Numbered from the stretch's first letter, positions 41,300 to 55,706 are shown. The stretch: 64,000 bases of DNA from the human T2T-CHM13v2.0 reference genome, Homo sapiens (GCF_009914755.1 NC_060940.1); one strand, 5' to 3'. Made by a program: numbers and translations. Notes: generated by a model from the letters alone, not told the origin.

Positions 41300-44200
41300 C
41301 CCAGGAATACAGCTAACCAGGGAGGTAAAAAGATCTCAACAATGAAAATTACAAAACACTGCTAAAAGAAATTAGAGATGATGCCAGAAAATGGAAAAAT
41401 ATTCCATGTTCATAGATAGGAAAAATAAATATTGTTTAGATGACCCTACTGCCCAAAGCAATTTACAGATTTAATGCTATTCCTACCAACTACCAATGAC
41501 ATTCTTCACAGACCTAGACAAGTCTATTTTAAAATTCAGATGAAACTAAATAAGAGCCTGAATAGCCAAGGCAATCTTGAGCAAAAAGGAGCAAAGGTAG
41601 AGGCATCACGTTACCCAACTTCAAACTATGCTACAGGACTATAGTAACCAAATGCAAATGGTACTGGTACATAAACAGACACATAGACGAATTGAACAGA
41701 ACAGAGAGGCCAGAAATGATGCTGCCCATCGCAACCAGCTGATCTTCAACAAAACTGACTTAAACAAGCAATGAAAAAAGACCCCTTATTCAATAAATGG
41801 TGCTGAGATAACTGGCTACCCATATGCACAAGTTTGAAACTGCACCCCTTCTTGACACCATATACAAAAATTAACTCAAAATGAATTAAAAACTTATATG
41901 TAAAACCTAACATTATAGAAACCCTGGAAGATAACTTGGAAATACCATCCTGGAAATCGTAACTGGCAAAAAATTTATGACAAAGACACCTAAAGCAATT
42001 ACAACAAAAGCAAAAATTGACCAATGAGATCTACTTAAACTAAAGAGCTTCTGCACAGCAAAATAAACTATCAACAGAATAGTGAGACAACCTACAGAAT
42101 AGGAGAAAATATTTGGAAATTATATATCTGACAAAGGTCTAGTATCCAGAATTTATAGGGAGGTTAAAAAAATTATAAGCAAAATTAAAAAAAACACCCA
42201 CCACTAACAAGTAGACAAGGATCTGACAGACACTTTTCAAAAGAAGACACACATGTGGCCAAAAAACATATGAAACGTGCTCAATGTCACTGCTCATTAG
42301 AGAAATGCAAATCAAAATCACAATGCGATACCATCTAATACCAGTCAGAATAGTTATTATTTTAAAAATACACAAACAGGTGCTGGCAAGGTTTCACAGA
42401 AAAGTGAACACTTATACACTGCTGGTAGGAGTGTAAATTAGTTCAACCACTGTGGAAAGCAGCGTGGTGATTCCGCAAAGAACTAAAAACTGCACTACCA
42501 TTCCACTCAGCAATCCCGTTACTGGTTATATACCCAACAGAATATAAATTGTTCTACCATAAGACATATGCACATGTACATTCATTGCAGCACTATTCAC
42601 AATAGCAAAGATGTGGAATCAACCTAAATGTCCATCAATAATAGACTGGATAAAGAAAATGTGGTACATACGTGCCATGGAATACCATGCAGCCATAAAA
42701 AGGAATGAGATCATGTCTTTTGCAGCCACATGGATGGAGCTGGAGGCCGTTATACTTAGCAAACCAACACAAGAGCCGAAAACTAAATACTGTATGTTCT
42801 CAGTTATAAGTGGGAGCTAAATAATGAGAACCAATAGGCACAAATATAGGAAAAACAGACGCATGGGCCTACTTGAAAAAGGAGAGAGGGAGGAAGGACA
42901 GGATCACGAAAAATAACTATCGGGTACTATGCTTAGTACCTGGATGATGAAATGGTCTGTATACCAAACCTCCATGAAAAGATTTTGCCTGTATTAACGA
43001 ACCTGCACATGTATCTCTGAACCTAAAATAAAAGTTAAAAAAGATAAATATATATGTTTAGTTCTGCTTTTATAGCCCTCAAATTTTTTTGGATTCTAGT
43101 TTTAAATATTACTTCTCATCCATGGTTTTGTTTTTCATCTTGGGGAATAGATTATCCTCAACTTTCTTCTACCTCCAACACTGTCTCACTGCTTTTTGCC
43201 AATTTTATCCTTCTCTTTAATTCCTTTTAGGATATTTTTAGCCAATTCCATTTAACAATGAGCATGCACTGAGCATATTTGTAGTTTTTCTATACTTGTA
43301 AGATTTTTTTTCTTTTTAAAAATTTCTTTCCTAAATTTGTCCAGTTTTCACTTTGCCTGTTTCTCTTGTTTGGCCAGTACTCTTCTGAGTTCATGAATTT
43401 CTGACTCAAGACGTTTTGTTTTCTACTTTAAAGATTTATTGAAAGATATTTAGTTCAAGGTGAGATCTTATGATGTATCTCACTTCTGCTCTGAGGTTGA
43501 GTTTTTGGGGTAGAAAATTTTTCATCAATTGAAATATTTACTGTTGTTTGTTTTTCTTCTTATACCCTAGTGGTATATCTCATTAGACATCTTTTTTTAA
43601 CTTTTTATTAAATTTTAAATGCCTTATCTTATCCTGGACAAAAAACAACAGATGATTTCATATTGACAAAGTGAAGAGTTGGGGTAGTTTTCTAGGTTTC
43701 TTAGTTTAAGAGCAACTTTCTCTTTGTCACAGAGAAGTGCAGATTCTTTAGGAAATGATACCCTGTGGAGGAAGGCTCAGTTCGCCTTCCAATTTTATGA
43801 TTCATTCTCTCTCTCTCTCTTTGTCTTTCTCTCTCTTCGCCATCAAGTCTACAAATATGTATCTCCCTTTCAAGTCCACTTCTTACCAAAATATTCTGTC
43901 TTCCTAACACTGTTTTTTTCTGTTCTCACACATTTTTTAACTACTTTCATCCAATTTCACAATATCAAGTGCCATGGTCCACTAGATCTCAGTTATGTTC
44001 TCATTATTTCTTCAATTAGTGTAGAAACTTTTTTCTTAAGGCAATTTTTATCTGCGTTCCACAGTGATGGACATCTGCTGTGTTTAATTTTTATTGTTTC
44101 TATCTGATCTTGTTTCAGCATGAACTCTGGAATAGAATCTGCTGGGTTTTGTATGTATTCCCTGACTGCTTGTAGCTTAAAGATTGTATAATTCCGCATA

Positions 44201-44805
44201 CTGTAGTTTTATGGTATGTGTGGGTGATGGGTTATTTGTTCTCCTTGTTAATGGGTATGGTTTTTAAAGGATAGATAGAGAGATTCTGATTTAGAAAGAC
44301 TCTGTTTTCCTATGGTACCCCAAAAAGTCCTTTATTTCATTTAACTTTGGCCACAGACAGCTCAGTGATGGAGCTAGAACTGTGAGAACAAGAACAATAT
44401 TTCTGTATGCAAAATCAGCATATAATCATGGAATAATATTTGTGGACTTAGTACTCCAGCCCAAACCTAGGGCACTGAGTCCATCTCACTATGGTATAGA
44501 GATTTAACACTAGCTATGATCTCACGAACACAGGGTTTAATGAGCAGAAAAACAGCAGGTAAATCAGCAAAGAATTTATACAGAGGGACTCAGGTTTATG
44601 GGTGTCTGATGTAATGGAACATATATTATTATAACTGGTCAAAAGTATCAATAAAAAGACTGAGAGACTATTTACAATATGGCTTTCAGATCACTTTTTA
44701 TTTTGGTTGGTAAAGCAATCTTCTCAGTATCTAACTAATATAATTATTAGGTACTCTTTTCTTCAAATTCATTATTGAATTAATGAATGATTTCAATGAT
44801 AGATT

Positions 44806-45201
44806 TCAATGATAGATTAAGAAAATGTGGCGCAAATGCACCATGGAATACTATGCAACCATAAAAAGGTATAAGTTCATGTCCTTTGCAGGGACATGGA
44901 TGAAGCTGGAAACCATCATTCTAAGCAAACTGTTACAAGGACAGAAAACCAAATACCACATGTTCTCACTCATAGGTGGGAGTTGAACCACGAGAACACA
45001 TGGACACAGGGCGGGGAACATCACACACTGGGGCCCATAGGGGGTGGGGGTTGGGGGAGGAATAACATTAGGATAAATACGTAATGTAAAGGATGAGTTG
45101 ATGGGTGCAGCAAACCAACATGGCACATGTATACCTATGTAACAAACCTGCACATTGTGCATATGTACCCTAGAACTTAAAGTATAATAACAATAATAAA
45201 A
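44806..45201 (+). mobile_element. 5'-truncated L1PA (PA7/8-like) 3' end
   Basis: atggatgaagctggaaaccatcattct...gtaccctagaacttaaagtataataa; G-rich tract 45030-45060. Confidence 0.93.
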
Positions 45202-45671
45202 GAAGCTATTTCCATGTCAAAAAAAGAGATTTAGAAAAATAGCAATGGTTTAGACTTTATCATTACCCATTATTCTTCCTCAATGATGGCTTTCTTTGAC
45301 TTCTTTTCAACTTTCCATCCTCCACTTCTCCCCCCTAAAAACAAACAAACAAACAAAAACCAATTAAGAGGCTCAACTCTTATGCATTTCCAATCACAAG
45401 CTACCACCAGTTTGAAGCCCATGAGCGTTCTAGCAAACTCACTCAAAGCAAAGTGAATGATTTCTGGGGTACTTATTTAGAGAGATATTTGCATGAAAAA
45501 GATGATATTGGAAATGCTAGGTTGCTCTCCACAGTCTTTAATTAATAGAGGACAGTGTAAAAATCTCCCTTAAGCTGTCATATCTGTGAACTTTTTCTCC
45601 TAAGCAAAAAACAGATGGGACAACACACCTATCCACAGCCTTTTTACTGAACCAGTTGCCTCGGTGTTATG

Positions 45672-45703
45672 GTTGTTTTGTTTGTTTGTTTGTTTGTTTG
45701 TTT
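45672..45703. repeat. (GTTT)n simple repeat
   Basis: Direct reading. Confidence 0.9.
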
Positions 45704-46389
45704 GCAATGTCACTTTCAACTCACCTTTTGATATTGTGACTTTGTTCCCCAGGGCCTTGCAGTGTCTTTCAGATTCTATCCTAGTCTTACTGGTTAAAAC
45801 CTTTGTCTCCTCACTCTCAATCATGACTTGAGTTTTTCTCTGGCTAGCCTGTGTTAATATATCTTTGATAAATTCTATGTATGTTTAGATCTGGACAAAT
45901 ATACATCTACCTCACTGAGAAGAACTGCCACTGAGATCATTCTCTGTGTGCCAGTGGGAGCTAAAGAGTAATTGATGGCTTCAAAGGTCATTAAACATTT
46001 AGTGACTACCTGCCATGTAACAGGCAATGTATTAGTGGTGGAGATGTAATGGTGAGTGAGAGTGATATGATCTCTCCCTTTATAGAGGTTTCAGTTTCGT
46101 AAGATAAAGGAGCAAGTCACCATGTTTTCCAGTAAAAATGAGTAATGTAATAAAAAGGAAGTCCATTTTACCACAGGAAAACTAGGGTATACAAAATGAG
46201 ATGAGAGAGGGTTCTTATCCTTTAAAGAGACTCTGAATTGAGACCCACAGATGAGGTGAAGCTGTAAGATTGGAAGCTTGGGGCTCTTATCATGTTGTCT
46301 CAGCCATCTCCAGCTAATTCAGCCACCCCAGATGAGAGTCCAGTTGCAAAGCAGAGAAAATTAATTCCCACTATGCATACCCAAATTAT

Positions 46390-46703
46390 TTCGTTTTGCT
46401 TTGTATTGTGTTTTGTTTTTAAGGGAGGGTCTCACTCTGTCACTCAGGCTGGAGTGCATTAGGGCAATTACTGCTCACTGCAGCCTCAGTCTCTAAGGAT
46501 TCAAGTGATTCACCAAGCTCAGTCACCCCAGTGCACAGACTGCAGTTCTGTGCCATCATGCCTCACTAATTTTTTGTATTTTTTGTACAGATGGGGTCTC
46601 ACATTGTTGCCCAGGCTGATCTTGAACTCCTGGGTCCAAGTGATCCTCCCGCCTCGGCCCCCTAAAATGCTGGGATTATAGGCATGAGCCACAGCACCTG
46701 GCC
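46390..46703 (-). mobile_element. AluJ SINE
   Basis: gctcactgcagcctc, gttgcccaggctgatcttgaactcctggg; TSD tacccaaatt. Confidence 0.9.
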
Positions 46704-47574
46704 CCATTACCCAAATTCTTGATCAAAACAAATTCATGAGCGTAACAAAACACGTGTTGCACTATGCGTTTATTTGGGGGTTACTTTATAACACAGCAAC
46801 AGTTGACCATAACAAAATGTGTTGTCTGTAAATGACATGCCATCATAATAACTATAAACTTAAAGCCTGTGGCACTGACTTTGAAATGGTGGATGAAAGT
46901 CCGAAATTTCTTATGAGTGGTGAGGAGGGACCAAAGAACAATGAGGAATGCTGTTGGAGATTGGAGGAAAAGAGACAATTGTTATGTAGTGGCAGGATGT
47001 TTGGCAACACTGTTGTGTGAGGAAATGTGGAAGATAGAAAGGGCATTTAATTGACTCATGGGTGGGAGATTTGTAGGCAAAACATTTCAGAATGGCAATT
47101 AGCTTTTTCAAGCTTACTATATTAAAATATAACAAGAGGAAATTGAACTAAAGAAGGAGATGTTGAGTTTTTGAAGGTAATTTAATGGAATCACAAAGAA
47201 GTAAACCTTGCTAGTTCTAAAATAAAACTGACTTTTTTTCTCTCTCTCTATCCCAGTAAAAGATTCACATAGTAGAAAATGACTTTAGAGCATAAAAGAT
47301 GTCCAGTGTAGGCTGTAATCTCTGTGAAGATGTCAGAAATATATAAGGTATATACTCTAGAAACTTTCAGCTATACAAAAAACCTGCTATATAAGCACTT
47401 TAAGAAAATAACTGATAGATCCTCTCTATTATGAAACAGTTTCTAAGAATCTCAATGCCATTGATCCATATTAGTTCTATATAGGCCAAAGATAGAGAAT
47501 ATCCCATCTCAAAGACATGACTGGGCATAGCTGTTACCTAAGAGAACTACAATAATATCCATAGGAAACCCTAA

Positions 47575-47950
47575 TGTATTAGTCTGTTATCACACTGCTA
47601 CAAAGACATACCTGAGACTGAGGAATTTATAAAGGTAGGAGGTTTAATTGACTCACAGTTCTGGGTGGCTGGAGAGGCTTCAGGCAAATTACGATCATGG
47701 CGGAAGGCAAGAGAGAAGCAAAGGCATATTTTATGTGGTAGTGGGGGAGAGAGAGTGAGGAGCGAAGGGAATAGAGCTTCTTATAAAACCATCAGATTTG
47801 GTGAAAACTCACTATCATGAGAACAGTATGAGGGAAACTGCCGCTATGATGCAGTCACCTCCCACCAGGTCTCTCCCTAGACCTGTGGGGATTACGGGGA
47901 TTACAATTCAGCATGAGATTTGGGTGGGGACACAAAGCCTGACCATATCA
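47575..47950 (-). mobile_element. THE1D-like MaLR solo LTR
   Basis: tgtattagtctgttatcacactgct...gagatttgggtggggacaca...accatatca. Confidence 0.92.
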
Positions 47951-50927
47951 CCACGTGAAAGAATAAAATTAGGAGAAGTATTACCATTTTTGGACTATAA
48001 GACATAGAGACATTAAACAAATACATTAGATATTTGGACTGCCAAACTTTCTAAGAGCAGGAAGCAAGCTGAAAATGCAAACAGGAGCTATTTACTGTGG
48101 GAAAATGAGGATGACTCATATGAAAAAATGAAGTACACAGAGAACAGAGGAAAGAACCATGGGAAATTATTCCTACTGTATCACCTTTTAGTGTTGAGTA
48201 TATGTGGGATATGAGACTGATTTCTACGTTCTCAAATCCTCAAACAAGAGGAATCTTCTGGATGAATCACATATGAAGAGTTTCATGTAAACCTGGATAT
48301 AATTTTTATTACAAGATCCTGGACTTGAGTCAATGCTATAATGGGACAACATTTGTGGAGTTTTGGAGAGTGTAATTATACTTTTCACTAGGAGTAAATA
48401 ATTTATAAAGACAGGGTGGTCTGTGTAGAGGAAAGATGTCTCCAAATTCCTTGCTAATTATCTCATTGAAAGAAGAAACCTAATCTCTTTTTCCCTGAAT
48501 GTGGATTGGCCTTATTATCTTACTTGACCCACAGAACGTAGCAGAAATGGCATTCTAGGACATTGACAAAATAAGTCTAGGGGACACCAGATGCCATGTA
48601 GAAAATTTAAGTATCCCGAGACTGTTATGCTGTGTGCAGAGATTTGTAGGCAGAGAGAGAGGTGGGGGAGGGAGAGAGATTGAGAGATTATTCTAAGTGT
48701 CTTTCTGTGCATGTGTTGGATATTCCAATACTAGCAAAAATAGTGGAAGAACCAAGTAATCCAACTGGCAGCCAGAACTGAGGACAAAGACAGATGGACC
48801 CATTTAATCAAAACAAACCATTTCCAGGAGTGTGAGTCAGCCTAGTTGAAGACCACATTCAGTCAGGACTGGTACAGATAGAACACTTCTCCTGGTTCTG
48901 CTTAGGTTCTTGACCCACAGAATCATGAGTACACAAAAATGGCTGCTTGATGCCATTAAGTTTTGGGGTGGTTTGAAATGCAACAACAGACAACCGTACC
49001 CTCACATTACATATGATACTGGTGTATGAGCCTGAAGATCTAGAGAAAGTATGTTGCTAGAGACATAGATATGGAAGTCATCAAAACATAAATAATAATT
49101 GAAGCAATGGAAATGGATGAAACAGTTCCGGGAATGTGAGTGGAAAAAGAGGGTAGAAATGATATTAGAAATGACTATAAGAGACAGACAATTAAATAGT
49201 TATATACAAATATTTTACCTACTCTACTACAAAGATTTATAGCTATTATAGCTATAAGAAAGATGCCATTTCTTATCTTGTCTTGGCAGGTCAGATGCTG
49301 TAAAGAGAAATAATGCTTCAACGTAGTTTGAAGGTTGAGTGAGAATTCACCAAATGAAATGTTGTAGAGTAATGAAACAGCATGCTTCATAGGAATGATG
49401 TAGAAAAGATACCTGGTCTGCAGCAGAATGTGGGCTTTCCCTTTCATTATATGAAATTATCACTGGGAGAAGATTATCCAGCAACAAACTACAGTTCCCA
49501 AACATGTCTTGTGACAGAAAGTGAGCTTAAGTGATGTATGTTATTTCCAGGCCAGAATTGTAAGTGTGTTTTTATTGTACATTGCTGCTTATATCTTGGT
49601 TAGCAGCAAAATCTGAGAACCTGGGGGTTGATATCAGCCTGGGGCCTGAATCAGCATGTGGAGATGAAACATCTGCAAATCAGGAACATCCTCATTTTAG
49701 GGTTTCATGAATAAAAAATAAAATTCTATTTTGTTAAGCAACTGAAATTTTAAGGTTTATTAGTAGTAGCACCTAGCATTGTCTCCTTCTGCAGCTGTAC
49801 TAAACTGCTTTAAATTCGTATATTAAAGAAATGCAAGACAGAAGGATATTAAAGAAACGCAAGTTTGCAGCGGTCAGATGTGGAGGGTCTTATGTGTTCT
49901 TGGTTGAATTGAACAAATTTTCTTAAAAACAAGTGGTAGTGAATAGCATGATCAAAATTCTCTTTTGAGATGTAAGCACAGAAAATCATTTCATTGTCTT
50001 TGGTCCCAGCTTACCTCCCTTTTTAATGTAGAATATTATAATTTGAGTCTTTTTGCACACATTTGCAAGCCATGTCATGTCTATTATCCTTTTATAAAAA
50101 GGTCCTGGTGTGAGAGAGAGACAGAACATGAAAGAGAAGTATCATTTTTAGCATGCAAGAAAACATACAGTGAACTTCCAATAACCCCCCAAATTCACAG
50201 GCTTATAGGCTGACAAGTCAGATTTATTGAATGGTAAAATAATAGTACTTTTTTACTTCACTGAACTTATTAGTGTGTGTTTCACACACTGTGAAGAAAA
50301 AAGTAATGAGTGAAATGTGACCATTTGATATCTCTATTGTGTGTGTGTTGATGTGTGTAAAGGAGGAAGGGAGAAAACCTCCAGGTATCTTAGTTCTATT
50401 TTCTGCAATGGGACATATTACATAACTACTTCTTGTTGAACTGTAATTATAACAGAGCCACCTTTATAAACATGAATACAGGAGAAACTAATTAGGTGCT
50501 GACAATAAGCAAATATTATTTTCTTAATTAGATCTCCTTCTATTGGAAATCCTGCTTTGTTCCTGCTACTCCAGTGTGAATGACATTTGAATCATAACAG
50601 TGTCTCACAGAACGGCCTTTCAGGGATGAAAAAGACAGACGCAACGTCACAGTCAATGAATACCTTTTCAAATCTTTGCTAATCTGAAGTCAATCAAATG
50701 CAGCCCCCAAAACAGCGCTTTTGCTGATTTGTATACCCGCATAATTAGCGGGGAAACTGTTCAGACGGCACATTTTTTGTATTCAAGTATTTTGATAGTT
50801 CTTTTGTCACTTATTATTTTTACATAGCTGGTTACTATCTTATAGTTGGAATGCTCAACTTGAGTTAGCATGAAGACAAATGCAATTTGATGGTTTATCA
50901 GTACCAGACCCCTATCCTGAAAAGTCA

Positions 50928-51070
50928 ATCTCTCTTTCTCCCTCTTCCTCTTTTTCTCTCCTTCTCTCTCTCTCTCTCTTTCTCTCTGGCTCTTTCTCCT
51001 CCCAATTCTTCCCCATCTCCACTCTTTCTCCATCCCTCTCCTTCTCTCCCTCTCTCTGAACTGTCTCTAT
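50928..51070. repeat. CT-rich polypyrimidine/polypurine tract
   Basis: ~140 bp almost all C/T, including (CT)n. Confidence 0.9.
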
Positions 51071-53572
51071 TCAGCACATACATTTTTAAAGAAATGAGAA
51101 GGATTCACTGAGAAAGTCATATTTTGTATGAGGTGCAGCAGTAAGGAGAGAGTAGGATATAGCTTTATGGAGATAATTCTTCCCTAGAAACCTCTGACTT
51201 TTGAAACAGCCTCAGACACACGTTGAGACACTTGCAATAGATATGCAAGGGTAATGGCCACATCCCTTGAGTAATAAACACACTTGTCATTGTGGAACCA
51301 GGAGGCCGAGTTATGCTACCCATTTGGATTAAAATTTCATCAAAATGCCATGTATTGAGAAGCAGCTAAGGCCCTACAGAAGTAATATTAAGATAAACGA
51401 TGTTAAAACAGGATTTTCTATCTTAATAGTTAAGGAACGATAGTGATTTTTTATCTTGTGTTCATATATTAGAAAGCTAAATTCTGTATGAATTTATATT
51501 TTTACCTCAGATCTCAGAAAAAATGTAAAAATGATATTTTAATCTCACGAAATAACTCCCACTTTTGCTTCAACACAATAGTGTTTGGTGTCATTCAATG
51601 AGGATACATCTAGGAAGCTTCAATGGTAGAAATGGAATAAGTTTGGGAGTAAAACAAAGGCAAGTAACTCAGTAAACATCTAATATATACAATTAAAAAT
51701 GTTTACTTAAATTTTTTCAGCTACATGGTTATTATCTATAAAATTGTTATAATAAAACTTCAGGTGGTTGTACTGATGATTAAATGGTCGGACTGATGAT
51801 AATGTTTAAAATGTCAGGTGGATTAGTTGGTTTGCTTTAAACATGTTTTTCTTTGGGCATTATTCTAGGTTCTGTGATAGATACAAACATGAGTAGGATA
51901 AAGATGAGCTACTAAAATTATTGCCATTTCAGCATTTTGACCTAAAAATAATAGATTTATATACTTCAACCTAAAATCTATCCTCAAATAACTAAAAATC
52001 TAGTAATCTAGTAGAATTGAGAGTAACATTTATATATAGAGAGAGTATTAATATCTACATGGTAATAAATGTTAACAGAGTAATATGTACTATACGATTA
52101 TAGAATTGCAATAGATTTAATCTCTCTTGGGTGAGATTGGATTTAGGAAATTTCATATAAAAGGTCTTTCAATTTTGCAAAGAATTGTTTCAGGTGGAGG
52201 AGAAACAGAGAGAGAGGTAGAGATAGATAGATAGAGCTATATAGGGAATCTTCAAGAAATGACAATTATCTGGTAGTTACTCATCTGATAATTCATTATG
52301 CTTTTTCCACAGCCAGTAAAATATTTTTCTTCAAGAGCATGCAAATATTCACATATTATATAGACAAATACACTAGGGGATTTTTTGAGCCCAATTTTTG
52401 AATATTTGGTTAGGCTGAATGCTATAAAGTAATTTAAAAATGGGTTCACAATTTGCTGACAGTATATTCTATCATTTCGTATTTGGGTATACATTTAAAC
52501 TATCTAAGTCTGTCTCCTAATCTTGAAAGTGTGGATAATCATACTTCTCTTACAGGGTTTTTGTAAGAACTAAGTGAATTAATATATCTAAAACCCTTAA
52601 CTAAATGCCTAGAATAGGCACCATCAATAAATCATAATTTTCTGTATCACAATAGGTAGCGAGGCTATTTCCATTTGAGACTGTGATATTTAATTTTAGG
52701 ACTAACATTTAATAAATAATACTTGTTTTAGCAACAGAAGAAAAATCCTTGCCGTTTTTCAGGAGTGCTGCAAGTTTGTTTTTCTATTGTTGTTTTCTTA
52801 GTCTTTGTGTGGTTAAAAAAGTCAGCATTTTTGTATAGCTAATCCATTAGTGGCCTTAAAAGAGAAATCGTTTGGTGTTTTTTTATGAAATTTGTGAATA
52901 AGTAGCTTAATTATAATCATTCTCAGGCTCTCCTTACCCTTAATAAGTGTGTGTGTTTCTAATACTTAAAAGAAATCACCTAGGCTCTACAAATGTGCAT
53001 GGAGAAATGATTTTCAAATAATTAAAGGACATGAAGGGATGGGTTATGACCACATGATGGTGGCAAGGTTAAAAGCAGTGTTGTCAGAGGTCAGATAAGA
53101 GAAAATTTATATTTACTGAGCACCTACTATGTACCAGGCAGGACCTGTGTTTATATTCTGAGTATTTCTTTCTCATTGTAAGTATGCAAGGGTATTAACA
53201 TCATCCCAGTTTAAAGGATGAGGTAAGTAAGGCTCAGGGAATAGGCATAAGATGCTGAAGCAGAAGTCAGAGGCTGCATAGAGAGAGCTTCTTACTCACA
53301 CTGGCACTACCAGTTTCCATATTTCTGTTTCTAAGTTTAGTGGCTATGGGGAAGCTATGGATCGTTAGTAGGACTCATTGCCATTGGAAGTAACTGTGAC
53401 ATTTTTGGCAAAGAATGTAGAACCTGTTAACCACTAGGTGAGGAACCTCATGCAAATCTCATTTGAGAGTTTAGGGGACTTCTGATAGCTTCTAAAGATG
53501 AGCTGATTTTGGAAGGGACGATCAATATCTTCAAAATAATTATCAAATTAAATGGCTATATCCATGAATTGC

Positions 53573-53598
53573 TTTTTTTTTTTTTTTTTTTTTTTTTT
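53573..53598. repeat. Poly(T)26
   Basis: Direct count. Confidence 0.95.
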
Positions 53599-53828
53599 GG
53601 TGGTAAGTCCTGCAACCATTTAGTGCAAATGTGACTTAGAAAAAAAAGATAAAAGCATCAAATAAATGTAATGTAAATTACCTGAGTTGTCAACATAACT
53701 CTGTACATAATTCCAGGTCCACATGCCTGTCAGAGAAAAGACAGAAATAGGAAGTGAGTCTAAATCTGTCCTGTGGACTACATAAGTTACTCTATATGTG
53801 TATATATAAGTATACACACCCCCCCCAA

Positions 53829-53901
53829 GCACACATACACATGCACACACACACACACGTGTGTGTGTGTGTGTATATATATATGTATATATATATGTAT
53901 G
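53829..53901. repeat. Compound (CA)n-(TG)n-(TA)n microsatellite
   Basis: Uninterrupted purine/pyrimidine alternation over 73 nt. Confidence 0.95.
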
Positions 53902-54068
53902 GATAACCTATTTTATTTACTCTATAAACGAGGAAAGCGAAGCTTAGGCATTTACGAAAATTGCACAAAACAAGGTGATTAGAGGAGAATTGGGACTCCA
54001 TCTGTTTCTAAACCTCATGGCCTTTCCACTATCTAATATATATTTTTGAATATACGACATAAATATTA

Positions 54069-54375
54069 TTCATTCATTCTTTCAACAGATATTTACTCAG
54101 CATCTACCCTAAGCCAGGCACTTTCCTAGAATAGGTATGTGATTAAACTCAAACTGTTACCTCTTAGGGACTCACAGTCTACTAGGCATGAGACATGTAA
54201 ACACACACATCAAAACTGATGTAAACACAGAATGGAACAAAGAAGCAGGATTGATGCGTGTAGGGGTGTCAGGTGATTTTTGAGCTGGGTCTTGGAGGAC
54301 AATATGAATATTTCAAGTGACAAGGACATGCCAGACAGGGAACATCAGCCTGGCAAGGAAGAACATAGAGCCAAA
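54069..54375 (-). mobile_element. L2 3' end
   Basis: ttcattcattctttcaacagatatttactcagcatctac...gccaggcact. Confidence 0.75.
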
Positions 54376-55078
54376 ACTGGCCTGGGAGACATAAGGTTGG
54401 GATATAAATGCTGCCTGTCTCCGTTCTCAGCAGGCCTTCCCACTGCCGCCTGCTGCTCTCATCTATTTTCTGGCTTTGCAATTCCCCTGCACTCCCAAAC
54501 CTACTATTACATTCCCATTCCCCCTCCTCCACCTCCTCACCTAATGTCCAAAACACATGGGTATGTGAGATAAGTGGGTGAGCAAGTTGCAAATTGAGAA
54601 AGGGAGGGGTGGAGTGCAGGAGCGTCACAGAGGATGAAGGGCACAGGAATGACAAGCACCTAGGCCTTAAAACCCCATGATTGCCTTCCTTCACCTTGAA
54701 ACCTTTCTTGCTGTTCCATGGCCAACATCATACTTTGCCAAATAATTTTGACTGATAGCATCTTTTGGGCTGATTCAAAGGTAAAACAAAGCAGATCATC
54801 AAGTTCTATAAATGAGAAAATATTTAAAAAATTACCGATTATTTACCAAGGAAAAACAAAACATTTGAAAAAAATATCTTGAACAGTCATCCAACCAAGA
54901 GCTTAATTCATAGGGTCTCCTTAAGCAATCACCACCAGGTGATGCTAATTAGCCTGAACAGTGCACAGGTGTTACTCTATAAGGGAAGTAAATAAATAAA
55001 TAAATTCATAAATAAATAAATTGCAGCTTCAACATAGCTGCCTGTATCTCTCCTCATTGTCTCCAAATATGCCACATA

Positions 55079-55366
55079 TTTTTTTGAGATGGAGTCTCGC
55101 TGTATCGCCCAGGCTGGAGTGCAGTGACACGATCTCAGCTCACTGCAACCTCTGCCTCCCGGGCTCAAGCCGATTCTCCTGCCTCAGCCTCCCGAGTAGC
55201 TGGGATTACAGGCACACGTCACCATGCCCGGCTAATTTTTGTATTTTTAGTAGAGACGGGGTTTCACCATATTGGCCAGGATGGTCTCGATCTCTTGACC
55301 TCATGATCCACCTGCCTCAGCCTCCCGAAGTGCTGGGATTATAGGTGTGAGCCACTGTGCCCGGCC
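55079..55366 (-). mobile_element. AluSc-like SINE
   Basis: ggccaggatggtctcgatctcttgacctc; TSD core atgccac. Confidence 0.95.
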
Positions 55367-55706
55367 AAGATGCCACTTTTAAATATGCCTTCTTTAATAT
55401 CTATTGTGTTAGTTATGCAAACTATTGTGGTAACCTGAAAAATGTTCTTTCTTCTCTAAATATAAATAACTGTATTCGATTGCATATCCATTTGTGCATT
55501 CATTTAAGTGAAATAATAATCTAAACTACTACGTACCTGACACTGGGCTTGGCACTAAGAATAAGGTAATAGAGAAAAATGCAATTGGTCTTTCTTTTAT
55601 GGGCTTACAGTCTACTAGGAGAGAAATATATTAATTAAGTTACATAATTAGGTGATTGCAGTTTAATGTCTTCAAGGGAGGCAATGTAAAAGGCAATATG
55701 AAAATA

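Larger units (their letters stand above)
46270..48998 (+). mobile_element. MLT1 MaLR provirus remnant (LTR - internal - LTR), interrupted by AluJ and THE1
   Basis: LTR-end motifs ttggggg...acacagcaacagttgacc (~46810) and ttaagttttggggtggtttg...caacagacaacc (~48995) bracket internal-like sequence (tgtggcactgactttg, gttatgtagtggcag). Confidence 0.6.

Noticed and set aside
45030-45060. G-quadruplex motif
   Set aside because: Standard G-rich tract of the L1PA 3'UTR
49820-49863. Short tandem duplications (also 15802/15891, 44789-44818, 60585-60614)
   Set aside because: Ordinary slippage or repair micro-duplications with no higher-order pattern
54269-54694. 141-aa and 97-aa ORFs in a GC-richer patch
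   Set aside because: Partly L2-derived, no domain, no convincing splice structure
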